A DNA stretch of 64,000 nt from an uncultured Chlamydiae bacterium (GTDB lineage: Bacteria > Chlamydiota > Chlamydiia > Chlamydiales > JAJFMA01). Under the pieces are notes generated by a model. That model was not told the DNA's origin and searched no databases. It saw only the letters and a list, made by a program, of their open reading frames with translations. Each line of letters opens with the position of its first letter. Positions within the stretch are counted from its first letter, which is position 1. Position numbers and translations under genes: made by a program. Positions 49,164-58,798 of this stretch are shown here, one piece after another. Location: the NCBI GenBank assembly GCA_963713615.1, contig CAVQMM010000001.1, forward strand, positions 1,664,001 to 1,728,000, written 5' to 3'.

Positions 49164-50042
49164 ATGAAAAATTACGGTATTTTAGAGCATAGTCCCCTTT
49201 CGCAATGTTTTAGGTCTATCTGGATCGCCCGCCTTTGGGTGTCGTGCCTACTCTTGGTATTGACATTCACTTCTTTGAAGGCTGACCATAAGCTCCCAGA
49301 CTACTATCCTCAGGAAGAGCATGTGGCAGTCTATCTATCTCAAATGCCGTGGCAATATTATAAGTCGTATTATGTAAAAGGTCTGGCATGGTTCTGGGTG
49401 GATGATGCAAAGGATTGCGTTAAGGATACCATTAAGCAGGGCGTTATTTGGGAGCCCTACATCTTGAAGGTACTCAGTCGATATATAAAACCTGGTGATC
49501 ATGTGATCGATCTGGGAGCACATATGGGAACAATTTCACTAGCCATGAGTAACCTCGTAGGTGAGACTGGTATGGTTTATTCTTTTGAAGGCGAGCGTCA
49601 ATTCTTCAGAGAGCTATATCATAATGTCTATTCTAATGAGCGTACCAACGTGAAACCCCATCTTTGTTGGATTACCGATAAGGAAGACGACGTTCAAGTT
49701 ACAGGGTACTATGGCCCGGATTATAGTCCTGTCCACCAATCCTCGGATAGACCTTGGACTCTTCACAAGCGCACATTAGATTCCTTTGGCTTTGATAATA
49801 TCTCCGTGATCAAGTGTGATGTGGAGTGTACAGAAGATGAGGTTCTAGCCGGAGCTCAGCAAACCATAGCCCGCTGCAGACCCATTTTCGTCATTGAGAT
49901 CATGGGAGGATATGGCTGGAGTAACGACCCCAAGGTCCTAGACCGCATTGCCCATACTATCGAAACCCTGCGAGCAATGGATTATGTAGTCCGAAAAATC
50001 TATGTTGATGACTACCTAGCCATACCTAGAGAAAAGCTTTAA
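49164..50042 (+). CDS. FkbM-family methyltransferase (paralog 6)
   Basis: Leader ending SLKA, IWEP, DLGAHMG, KCDVECTE. Confidence 0.9.
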   Translation: MKNYGILEHSPLSQCFRSIWIARLWVSCLLLVLTFTSLKADHKLPDYYPQEEHVAVYLSQMPWQYYKSYYVKGLAWFWVDDAKDCVKDTIKQGVIWEPYILKVLSRYIKPGDHVIDLGAHMGTISLAMSNLVGETGMVYSFEGERQFFRELYHNVYSNERTNVKPHLCWITDKEDDVQVTGYYGPDYSPVHQSSDRPWTLHKRTLDSFGFDNISVIKCDVECTEDEVLAGAQQTIARCRPIFVIEIMGGYGWSNDPKVLDRIAHTIETLRAMDYVVRKIYVDDYLAIPREKL

Positions 50043-50050
50043 GCATTCGA

Positions 50051-50092
50051 GGCTGCTGTTACCCATTGTAAGAATTTAGGGTGACAGCAGCC
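50051..50092 (+). terminator. Hairpin, possible terminator
   Basis: ggctgctgttaccc / gggtgacagcagcc stem directly after the stop codon; weak U tract. Confidence 0.4.
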
Positions 50093-50259
50093 ATTTGTAT
50101 GAACTCCGTTGTGCCACAATCGGTCATAAACACGCTTTTGGTCAACTTCCAAATTTCTGACCGATTTGAAATGGTTCTTCGCAAACCTGGTTCATTCACA
50201 AAAATTGTTTGCCTTGAAACTATCATATAGGCCAATCTTTAAAGTTAAATGAATGGAAA

Positions 50260-51219
50260 ATGTGGTCCTCGAGAATGTTTAACCAGACAAATTATAACAG
50301 CAGCATCGGGCAAACGTATTCGAAGTGGCTATATATAGCGATAACAATACTCTTGAGTCTCCTGACCATAACATCCGTTTATGGCTTTAATGGCGAAGCC
50401 TTAGCTAATCTATCTCTTGGCTATCGTTTCGACGGCATCACGGCTAAATCCGAAGGCCTAGATCCAAAAGGATCGCGCGTATCCCTGGATTTCATGGATA
50501 TTAAGGTTCACATCTGCGAAGTCGTCCTGTCCGGTGAGCTCGCTTTTCCTAACAATTGGATCTTTGAAGGTTTCACCGATATCGGCGTGGTGGGAGCCGG
50601 TCGATACAAAGAAGAAGCTCTCGCCATGGGCTTGCTGGATACGCAAGCCGATCTTAATTCCGGATGGTGTGCTGATATTTCTATCGATCTTGGCTATCGG
50701 TGGCCTATCTGTTGGGGCCTCTGCCTTCAACCTAGCATCGGTTGGTCTTACGACTACCTCAAAGTCACGACGCAACGTACTAAAACCAACGGTCATCCCG
50801 ATCCTATTCTTGAAGGGGTGTCATATACCAATCGCTGGCAGGGCCCCTGGGTAGGTTTGGGCTCGCAAGGCTGCTGGTGTGGTTACAAGCTAAGATCCGG
50901 TTATGAATATCACCAACCTTATTGGAAAGCCGCATGGACACTTGCGCACCCAGATATTCCCAGAAGCGCTTTTTCAGATCATAGGAAGTCTCATCACGCA
51001 TCAGCCCATGTCATTTTTATTGAATCTAGCTATACATTGCCCAATTGTTGGAGCTTTGGTATAAACATGAGAGGAGGGTATTGGCGGGCCACTCAGGGCA
51101 CCCTTCTTCCTAGAGCAGGAAGCTTCTCAGCTCTCGATATACCAGAGGAAGTAGATGTTGTGCACCAAGCTACGTGGTATACCGGGCAAGCCAAAATCTT
51201 TTGCGGTGTTACTTTCTAG
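50260..51219 (+). CDS. Outer-membrane beta-barrel protein (Pom/omptin-like), paralog 1
   Basis: Leader, amphipathic strands, YTNRWQGPWVG, C-terminal F; paralog of 56773-57672. Confidence 0.7.
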   Translation: MWSSRMFNQTNYNSSIGQTYSKWLYIAITILLSLLTITSVYGFNGEALANLSLGYRFDGITAKSEGLDPKGSRVSLDFMDIKVHICEVVLSGELAFPNNWIFEGFTDIGVVGAGRYKEEALAMGLLDTQADLNSGWCADISIDLGYRWPICWGLCLQPSIGWSYDYLKVTTQRTKTNGHPDPILEGVSYTNRWQGPWVGLGSQGCWCGYKLRSGYEYHQPYWKAAWTLAHPDIPRSAFSDHRKSHHASAHVIFIESSYTLPNCWSFGINMRGGYWRATQGTLLPRAGSFSALDIPEEVDVVHQATWYTGQAKIFCGVTF

Positions 51220-51220
51220 A

Positions 51221-51281
51221 TATACCATGCGGGTTAGATTTGCCGCCGTCGAATACGCCAAATCTAACCTCGCATGATATA
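51221..51281. repeat. Short TATACC-ended hairpin element
   Basis: tataccatgcgggttagatttg / caaatctaacctcgcatgatata; similar to 63100-63142. Confidence 0.65.
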
Positions 51282-51385
51282 CCTAAAAAACAAAATTCAT
51301 GACATTTGTACCGCCACACTATTTAGCATCCTCATTTTAGAGGGTATGTAAAGGTCATCCACACATCAAAAAACGAGAACAAATC

Positions 51386-52480
51386 GTGTCGGTAGTGCAA
51401 TTTTTTAAGTTCTTACTTATCACCATAATTCTCTTTGTCGCCAGTGCCAATATCATCGCCGAAAATGATCTGTTCGAACCTCTCTACATGGACGAGGAAT
51501 TGATGGATCTCTGGGCTTCGCTTGAAGACATTCATAATCCAACGATAGAAGATTATCGGTCCGTAGAACACTATCTTAAGTATGGCAAACGCCCATATTT
51601 AGATTTTTTGCTTGATCATCTCTACAATACAGGACTACTTATAAAACCAATAGATCGTAGTTGGACGATTTGGAATCGCCTTATGCAAAGGATTTGTTTG
51701 ATCGGCCCAAATGACGAAGCACCCTTTTCACAAACTTTTGTTTTGGGTGTAGCGCCTGACGACCTCTCACAATGTATTGTGCTTTATGCTTCATTCAATG
51801 AGGACACTTTTGATGGGAAAACCGGCTACATTCAGCGCATGTTAGCGCTTGCTGAAGAGCTCAAACAGGTTGGTTTTAAGGGGCATGTTCTCGTCCGCGG
51901 TGGGGGTTATCCCACCCTTCAACATGGTGGGATTCAATTCGCGCATATCCCCTATTCATTCAAAATTCTCGCAATGTTAGAAGCTCATCTGCAAGGATAT
52001 GGACGCGTATTGTGGTTAGATTGTTCCGTTCATCCAGTCCGGAATATACAATTGGCCTTTGCAACAATAGAAACCACTGGCTATCTTTTCCTGGAGAATG
52101 GATCCACTCTGTTCACAGACTATCATTACAGTCAAAAACTTCCCTATGCCGTGGTAAAAAATTTCATTTTTCCCGATGCAGCTGTTGCTGCCAGCGACTT
52201 GTCCATTCAGGATCTAAGATCAATTCCGCATCCTTGGGCAGGCATCATTGGCATCAATTTTCAGAATGACAAGGCAAAAGCTATGGCCATGGAATGGTTC
52301 AGGCTAACAAAAATGGTGATTCCGGCAATGACACTGTTTCCTGAAGAGTTATTGGTGGCTATCGCAGCTTGGCGAACTCGATGAGCTCCAACTAGTCATG
52401 TTGGCAAGTTTGTAGATGTACGCTCAAGCGTGCGAAATAAGTCCCAATCAAAAAAGTTGTTCTGGTTTGATAAGGGCTGA
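51386..52480 (+). pseudogene. GT-A-like putative glycosyltransferase (paralog 5) interrupted by an in-frame TGA at 52382-52384
   Basis: After the TGA the frame continues APTSHVGKFVDVRSSVRNKSQSKKLFWFDKG*, matching the paralog C-termini (FWFDKG). Confidence 0.7.
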
Positions 52481-52603
52481 GGCTATATACCATGGGATAA
52501 CGCCACCAAAAACCACTATGGGATATAAACAGAGAGAATGACCCTCAGTGGAATCCGTCGGAATTACAGTAGCTCTGTGGCCACCACCGAGCGCACGCCC
52601 TAG

Positions 52604-53668
52604 TTATTTTTCAGTTGACTGCTTCTGCTCATCTACCGAGATGATAGGCACAAGGGAAGCTTTTAGGCGTGTTTTATCGATCTTTGCTATCCAAACCTCT
52701 CTATCATCCTTTCCATACGCTACTACAAGGTAAGAGCCACAGTCGACAATACCTCCTGGAAATATCACTCTCTTATCATATTCATTATCCGTATAAAATC
52801 CTGGGCCAACAAGCGGGTAGGCACTGATAGCGGTGATTTCGAAAGGAGGCTCCGCTGAAAAGGTATATGCACCCATATAATAGTGCCATAATCGGTTCCT
52901 TGGAGAGATTCCGGACCGCATCTCAAGGGCGGAATGAAAGAAGGCCAAATATTCGCCATCTACAAGAATTGCGGGTGTGCCTCCTCTTAAAAAAGAACCC
53001 CATTCCCATGAAACCGGTGTTGACGTGCTGTATACTGGCGTACAGCAACCAGTGCTTTGATCAGAAGAGAGCACCCTGTGAGGCGCCAGGGTGTAGGATA
53101 AAAAAAGCGATCCCTTATACTCAAAAGGAACCCAGTTTTTTTGCCATTTGTTCCCACGCTCCTCCGCATAGAAAAGCAGGGTGGCAGGTCCCAACGAAAA
53201 TTCCTTACCATCATAAGACAGTTCCGCAACATACATATCTCGGTGATGACTAATCTTTGGATCGGTAACATAAGCATTGTCATTATAGATAAGAAATAAC
53301 TTACCGTCGCAAGAAAAAATTCGTGCATCCTCCGATTGCGAGGGGGATGTGCCCACCAAACGCGTGTTAAGAATCTGAGGCTTGGTTAGCGGTTCAAAGT
53401 CGTCATCCAACAGTACTACGCCAATGTACGATATATATAGACGATCAGGATGCGGTGTAATTCTAAAAGTAAAAACGTAGCCTGCGTCAACCTTTACCAT
53501 TGATGGATTCCATGCGTCAGGGAAACCCTCCACATTGATTTTTTGTGCCGACACAATAGAGTTGCAGTTGACAAAGGAGGATAGGTAATTACGGCCCTCC
53601 AACGTGATATGAGCTAGGATACAAAATACCATTAGGAACGTCATGTGGATAAAAAGTAAGCGTCGCAT
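52604..53668 (-). CDS. GH130/GT91-like beta-propeller protein (paralog 2)
   Basis: WNPS, SEDARIF, QKNWVPF, RGGTPA, AYGKDD. Confidence 0.7.
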   Translation of the reverse strand: MRRLLFIHMTFLMVFCILAHITLEGRNYLSSFVNCNSIVSAQKINVEGFPDAWNPSMVKVDAGYVFTFRITPHPDRLYISYIGVVLLDDDFEPLTKPQILNTRLVGTSPSQSEDARIFSCDGKLFLIYNDNAYVTDPKISHHRDMYVAELSYDGKEFSLGPATLLFYAEERGNKWQKNWVPFEYKGSLFLSYTLAPHRVLSSDQSTGCCTPVYSTSTPVSWEWGSFLRGGTPAILVDGEYLAFFHSALEMRSGISPRNRLWHYYMGAYTFSAEPPFEITAISAYPLVGPGFYTDNEYDKRVIFPGGIVDCGSYLVVAYGKDDREVWIAKIDKTRLKASLVPIISVDEQKQSTEK

Positions 53669-53719
53669 CTAAAGCCTCTGGAGTTCTATCAAATTGATCC
53701 GATAACCGGCTCATGTTTT

Positions 53720-53997
53720 TGGTTCTTGGGAAGAATTGGGGGCGCATTGGAATCACAATCGTCACTCGGCGCTTTGGAGTGCGGTCGCTCGCGACCGCTT
53801 TGGATTTAGGCGAATCTACTGCGGCACACAGCTTTCCGTTAAACCGTCCAGCCCTCTTATATACCCCTGAAGAAGAAAAGTAAAGATTCGTACCGTACCT
53901 AGTTCGCTCAAATCCAAAGCGGTCGCGAGCGACCGCACTCCAAAGCGCCGAGTGACGATTGTGATTCCAATGCGCCCCCAATTCTTCCCAAGAACCA
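53720..53997. mobile_element. REP doublet (REPIN-like) with 88-bp inverted arms
   Basis: Arms 53720-53807 and 53910-53997 contain ggagtgcggtcgctcgcgaccgcttt; unrelated ~100-bp core. Confidence 0.88.
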
Positions 53998-54090
53998 TCT
54001 TTTTTTGACCGCTAGTGTCTGCAAAAAGCATCGTGAGCCATTCGTTGAATTCTTTCCAGTCAAATTTTGGCTAGTCTAAGAAATGCCCGT

Positions 54091-54690
54091 TTATAAGCGC
54101 CAACCCAACCCGAGGCCGATACGAAAGCCCCCGACATTATCCACATTGGTCAGGTGCATAGGAATGTAAAGATAATCCACAAAAGCGTCCAAAAATAGGT
54201 TTTCAGTAATGTTTTTATAAATACCGCTTTTGAACGTGGCCCCAAAACGCGCTTTTCGTACGTGTTTCTCCACAAAATCAGAATCGTTAAACAATCGCAT
54301 CCAGGTATAATTAAAACCCGCACCAGCATACACGTCCACGCAGCAACTTACCGGACAAACATACTTTAAACCGAAGCTCAATGGATATAAGGTCAAGGTG
54401 GTGGGCTCTGGTACTCCTAAAGAATGCCCTCTTTTATTAAAGTAGGTAAAATTGCACCAAGCCGACCAGCGATCAATCAGCTGTTTGCTTAGCTCCGCTT
54501 CTACGTCAAAGCGGGCGCCACGATAGATTTTTCTGACAAGGTTTTTAGTAGGATACACATAGGCACTACGAATCTCTACATCCCAGCCACAGTCCCATTC
54601 CGAATTCATGTCATAACACTGTGAGACAACAGTATTTGGTAACGTCAGAAGCGCTAAGCAAAGAAATAGAAACCAGCCCATGCGTTGCAT
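54091..54690 (-). CDS. Small outer-membrane beta-barrel (OmpW/OmpA-like)
   Basis: Signal peptide, YAGAGFNY, C-terminal GGFRIGLGLGWRL. Confidence 0.75.
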   Translation of the reverse strand: MQRMGWFLFLCLALLTLPNTVVSQCYDMNSEWDCGWDVEIRSAYVYPTKNLVRKIYRGARFDVEAELSKQLIDRWSAWCNFTYFNKRGHSLGVPEPTTLTLYPLSFGLKYVCPVSCCVDVYAGAGFNYTWMRLFNDSDFVEKHVRKARFGATFKSGIYKNITENLFLDAFVDYLYIPMHLTNVDNVGGFRIGLGLGWRL

Positions 54691-54699
54691 TATTACCCC

Positions 54700-56343
54700 C
54701 TAATATAAAGTAACACTCAATCCGTAGCTTTCCTGACCCATTAAGTTTACGGTTTTCACCGTATAGACATCGGCTGTTTTAATGCTAGCATCATAATCGA
54801 CATATAAATGAGGTCCAACGGATGGTATAGAGACGATCAGCTTACTGTTGCGATAGATGCGATAGGCTACAACTGCAGGATCGATGCTTGGGTCCCAACT
54901 CAATGTATGAATGACTTTCGTGCCCGAAATAAAACTTCGGCGTACGGATTTCCCATAGATGTTGAGAGCATCGTCTGGTAAATAAATTCTCACTAAAGCC
55001 TTGATGGATCTATCAGAAGCATCTTCCCAAACTGCCACGATGTTATGACCGCAGTCCAAACAAGCTCTTATGCCAACGCTGTTAGAGGATTCTGACGAGA
55101 ACCTCCAAGGATTAGTCCAGGTACCTCCAGCCCAGGAAACGGCCTCGTGCAATTGAAAGAACCGATGTCCATCTTCCCATACGGCCAACAAACGGCTAGA
55201 ATCATTAATGGAGACCTTAACGTTATCACTAGCCTGAGAGTTTGAAATCTGCTTGACTGGCTGCCACCAACCTTTCGCTGGCCTATATGACGACTGAATC
55301 CCCCTTGAGGTCCATGCCGCTACCGCTGCGCCAGTGGGATCAACCGCCAAGCTGGGGTTACAAGAATCTTTACCTGGCACGGATAACACATCAATTGATG
55401 ACCACGTGAAATTTGAGAAATTGTATGAGGCTGTCTCAATTGTTGTAGGCTGGTTACGTGACTCCAATTCCCATACGCTAATGGCGGTATCAGACTGATC
55501 AATCCCGACGCGAGGATTAAAAACCCCCAATGAACCCGCTGTCACTGTTGAAACTGGTCCCCACTCCCCTCCAATGCCACCAGTGAAGGGCCGGGCGGCC
55601 AAAGACCTGATGTTAACGCTATCATAATCTACCCATACTGCCAGTGCATTACCTGCATCATTGACGGCAACGGAGGGCAAGCAAGACTGGTGGTTGAATG
55701 TTGCATCTGAAATAAGAGCTCCTGTAGAAGAACTCCATGCACCTGCAGAAAAAGTATTTGCATAGATCTCCTGGACACCATCGACCGATGTATCCCACAC
55801 GGCAATAGCTAAGTCCAAATTGGGAGCGATGGCCACCTGAATATTATCGTAAATCAGATCTGCTGCAGATAATATCATGGGCGAACTCCAGACTCCTTCT
55901 GCGATGGAGGATATCCATGAGCTTTCCAATTGCATGTCTGACTGATTCTGCCAAACCACCAATGCAGCCCCTCCTAGAGAACAAGCGACTGCTGGACCGA
56001 TCGCATCGATGTCTTTGTCCGACAAATAGATGGAAGGTGACCACCCCACATTCATACAATAGGTAGCCGCTGCAACACGATGATGACCGTCCACGTCATC
56101 AACCCATACAGCGAGGGCATTCCCCACACCGTCACCAGCGAGTTGAGGACTCTGAAGCATCCGAATATTCTGTGCTGAAATACGCTTAAAATCCACCCCT
56201 GCACTACCTGGAAGCGGAAGGCTTACACCCACGACTAAAAGCCATAGCCCAGCGAAAATCTTTAAATTGCCATATCTAAAAAAAGCGTTCAGCATCTCTC
56301 TCATCAACTTAAAAATTTTGAAAAAACGAATTTTTTTTGGCAT
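54700..56343 (-). CDS. Exported beta-propeller-like repeat protein with C-terminal FN3-like domain
   Basis: Repeated P.VA....GNALAVW units; C-terminal LSWDPS..YRIYRN..YTVKTVN..GQES. Confidence 0.7.
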   Translation of the reverse strand: MPKKIRFFKIFKLMREMLNAFFRYGNLKIFAGLWLLVVGVSLPLPGSAGVDFKRISAQNIRMLQSPQLAGDGVGNALAVWVDDVDGHHRVAAATYCMNVGWSPSIYLSDKDIDAIGPAVACSLGGAALVVWQNQSDMQLESSWISSIAEGVWSSPMILSAADLIYDNIQVAIAPNLDLAIAVWDTSVDGVQEIYANTFSAGAWSSSTGALISDATFNHQSCLPSVAVNDAGNALAVWVDYDSVNIRSLAARPFTGGIGGEWGPVSTVTAGSLGVFNPRVGIDQSDTAISVWELESRNQPTTIETASYNFSNFTWSSIDVLSVPGKDSCNPSLAVDPTGAAVAAWTSRGIQSSYRPAKGWWQPVKQISNSQASDNVKVSINDSSRLLAVWEDGHRFFQLHEAVSWAGGTWTNPWRFSSESSNSVGIRACLDCGHNIVAVWEDASDRSIKALVRIYLPDDALNIYGKSVRRSFISGTKVIHTLSWDPSIDPAVVAYRIYRNSKLIVSIPSVGPHLYVDYDASIKTADVYTVKTVNLMGQESYGLSVTLY

Positions 56344-56460
56344 GCATTGACCAGGTCCAATACGCTTGCCAAATTTTGCTTTGATATCCTAAGCGCTATA
56401 TTTTGTTAAGAGGTTGTTCTGTGCACCCTCCCGAGCCCCTACGCGTTAAGCTAAAAGAAC

Positions 56461-56550
56461 TAGGAATTTTCACCGCCGAGGCGCATAGAAGCTCGTGGGG
56501 CTTTTTTAGGATTTTCACCGCCGAGACGCCGAGATAGGAGAGAGAGAGGA
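56461..56550. repeat. Dispersed CACCGCCGAGGCGC repeat, copy 2
   Basis: Highly similar to 27325-27420. Confidence 0.8.
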
Positions 56551-56561
56551 TTAGGAGAGAA

Positions 56562-56672
56562 TGTGCCGTTTGTGTGTCCTTGGGCAAAATGCTGTCCAAG
56601 GGCTTTACCAAAACGCTAACCCCTCAAGAGGCCCTTGGGCAGAATTTTGCCCAAGGACACACAAACGGCACA
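56562..56672. repeat. 111-bp hairpin/MITE-like element
   Basis: 29-bp perfect IR tgtgccgtttgtgtgtccttgggcaaaat, extending imperfectly inward. Confidence 0.75.
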
Positions 56673-56772
56673 GGTGCTCAATCTAACTTTTTCGAGGACC
56701 TTGCTCCTTTTCTGCCATTCGGGCAATATTGATGAAGTTCTCTTTCAAAGATGCTTAGGAGCCTAATACTCC

Positions 56773-57672
56773 GTGTACCCTCGAATACTACTACACGCAA
56801 TATGCCTACTGTTGGTGACTCATAGGCAGTGTGATGCCGCCTGGAGTTCTTCCTCGGATATTTTTATTGGCTACCGCAACGATTGGCTGACCACTATCAT
56901 AGATGGCTTTGAACATCAGCCACGACGTTTGACTTCTATCGCCGATCTGAGGGTTAGAGATATCAGCATCTTCGAATTTGCAGTCAACGGTGAACGAGTT
57001 TACAATGACACTTGGGTAGTAGCAGCTTCTGCTAAAATCGGTACGGTTTGCAGTGGAAACTATTTCGAAGAAACGATCACTTACTATGCACCACCTATTG
57101 CGGCCGATGTTACCAGCGGGCACAGTGCCGATGGTTGCTTAGGTATTGGCTACCTGATTCCCCTGTACCTAGGTATTAACTTACAACCTATGGCTGGGTG
57201 GTCCTGGAACTACCTGAAGGTCAAAATAAATCGTACAACAAAAAACGGTCTTCCCATCCCTGATCTAGAAGGTGTTACTTACACCAACTACTGGCAAGGT
57301 CCTTGGATTGGATTAGCTTCTCGCGGTACATGGTGCGGCATCAACGTCAAATCAGGTTATGAATATCATTGGCCTTACTGGAAAGGCGCCTGGACGGTTG
57401 CTGGACCCGATAACCCAGGTGGCTATTCCGACCGTCGTCGTTCACATCAGGCCACTGGACAGGTCCTGTGGATTGAAAATAGCTACATATTCCCTAGCTG
57501 CTGGGAAATCGGTTGGGGCTTTAAGACGGGTTATTGGGAAGCAACACATGGTACCGCCTATCCACGCGCTGCTTTCGTCGCTGTAGGCCGACCAAGCGCA
57601 GCATTTGATCTAGTACGACGGGTTACTTGGTTAACGTTTCAAGCTAAATTATTTTGCGGTATTCAGTTCTGA
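56773..57672 (+). CDS. Outer-membrane beta-barrel protein (Pom/omptin-like), paralog 2
   Basis: Signal peptide, YTNYWQGPWIG, SGYEYHWPYWK, C-terminal F. Confidence 0.7.
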   Translation: MYPRILLHAICLLLVTHRQCDAAWSSSSDIFIGYRNDWLTTIIDGFEHQPRRLTSIADLRVRDISIFEFAVNGERVYNDTWVVAASAKIGTVCSGNYFEETITYYAPPIAADVTSGHSADGCLGIGYLIPLYLGINLQPMAGWSWNYLKVKINRTTKNGLPIPDLEGVTYTNYWQGPWIGLASRGTWCGINVKSGYEYHWPYWKGAWTVAGPDNPGGYSDRRRSHQATGQVLWIENSYIFPSCWEIGWGFKTGYWEATHGTAYPRAAFVAVGRPSAAFDLVRRVTWLTFQAKLFCGIQF

Positions 57673-58769
57673 CTGCCTGCCGGCTGCATTTTATGTTCTA
57701 CAGCCACCAAAGATTCTTTAAGGAATGTTTTGTCTATTCTGCCAATCCATATTTCTTTGTCATCCTTGCCGTATGCGAGAAGCAAGAAAGTTCCGCGGTC
57801 CAAGTATCCACCGGGAAAGAATACCACCTTGTCTAGGCCTGAGCGAGTATAAAAATCAGCATCTACAAATGGCTCACGACTGACTGCAGTAATCTCAAAA
57901 GGGGGGGTGGAAGAAAAGGTATACGCTCCCATGTAATAGTGAGCTTTTGCGTTAGCGACGGAGGCCATGGATCTTGTGAGTGCAAAGGAATGGAAAAAGG
58001 ATAAATACTGTCCATCTACAAGCTGTGCTGGTGTTCCACCACGCAGTATACCCCAGGGCCAATGGATATTCGATGATGTCTTACAAAAGGTTCGGCACTC
58101 ACCTGTAGCGAGGTCGGGCAAGAGAATCTCTTGTGGTGCTAGGGTATACCCCAGCAGGAGAGTGTTCTCATAGATAAACGGAACCCAGTTTTTTTGCCAT
58201 TTTTGATGAAGATGTTGAGGTGGAGGTATCAGTTTCGTGGCAGGTCCTAAAACAAACTCGTCATGTACATAATTCAATTCCGCTATAAACATGTCTCTGC
58301 GACGATCAAGCGTCACCGCCGTTTCGTCGATATTATCGTTGTAAATGAGGTACACTTTGCCGTTAAGGGAAAAAATACGAGCATCTTCAGATTGATGCGG
58401 CGAGGTTCCTGTCAGCCGCGAGTCCAAGAGCTGTGGCGTTGAAATGACCTCTAAGTTATCGTTTAAGAGCACTGCTCCCATGCGCGAGATCTCGCCCGAA
58501 TTCAATCCCGGAGAAATTCTAAAAGTAAGAATAATACCGAAATCTGTTCTAATCAATGAAGGGTTATGTGCATTAGGAAATCCCTCTAAACTAAGCCTGG
58601 ACGCGGCAAAGCTAGCAAAGGGACGGACATATTCTGGACAGGGGCGTGCAAAAGACGACGTGAAGGTAGGTACGCTTAATATTAGCGTTACAGTAGTTGC
58701 TAGCGGCAGTATACGCATAGGGCTCTCTTGAAATCGCAGAAAGTCCAGAAGCTTAACAGTAAAGAACAA
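57663..58769 (-). CDS. GH130/GT91-like beta-propeller protein (paralog 3)
   Basis: HNPS, SEDARIF, QKNWVPF, RGGTPA, AYGKDD. Likely start is the ATG at 58718. Confidence 0.7.
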   Translation of the reverse strand: MFFTVKLLDFLRFQESPMRILPLATTVTLILSVPTFTSSFARPCPEYVRPFASFAASRLSLEGFPNAHNPSLIRTDFGIILTFRISPGLNSGEISRMGAVLLNDNLEVISTPQLLDSRLTGTSPHQSEDARIFSLNGKVYLIYNDNIDETAVTLDRRRDMFIAELNYVHDEFVLGPATKLIPPPQHLHQKWQKNWVPFIYENTLLLGYTLAPQEILLPDLATGECRTFCKTSSNIHWPWGILRGGTPAQLVDGQYLSFFHSFALTRSMASVANAKAHYYMGAYTFSSTPPFEITAVSREPFVDADFYTRSGLDKVVFFPGGYLDRGTFLLLAYGKDDKEIWIGRIDKTFLKESLVAVEHKMQPAGSQN

Positions 58770-58798
58770 TTTTACTTAAGCTTATCGTAACTGTTCAG

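Noticed and set aside
38688..50042. Paralog arrays as a diversity-generating retroelement or integron cassette array
   Set aside because: No reverse transcriptase, no TR/VR adenine-specific pattern, no integrase and no attC-like site between each gene.
52382..52440. Selenocysteine or a TGA=Trp genetic code
   Set aside because: The position aligns to Val/Ile, I see no convincing SECIS hairpin, and TGA is a normal stop in other genes such as map and the lactone oxidase.
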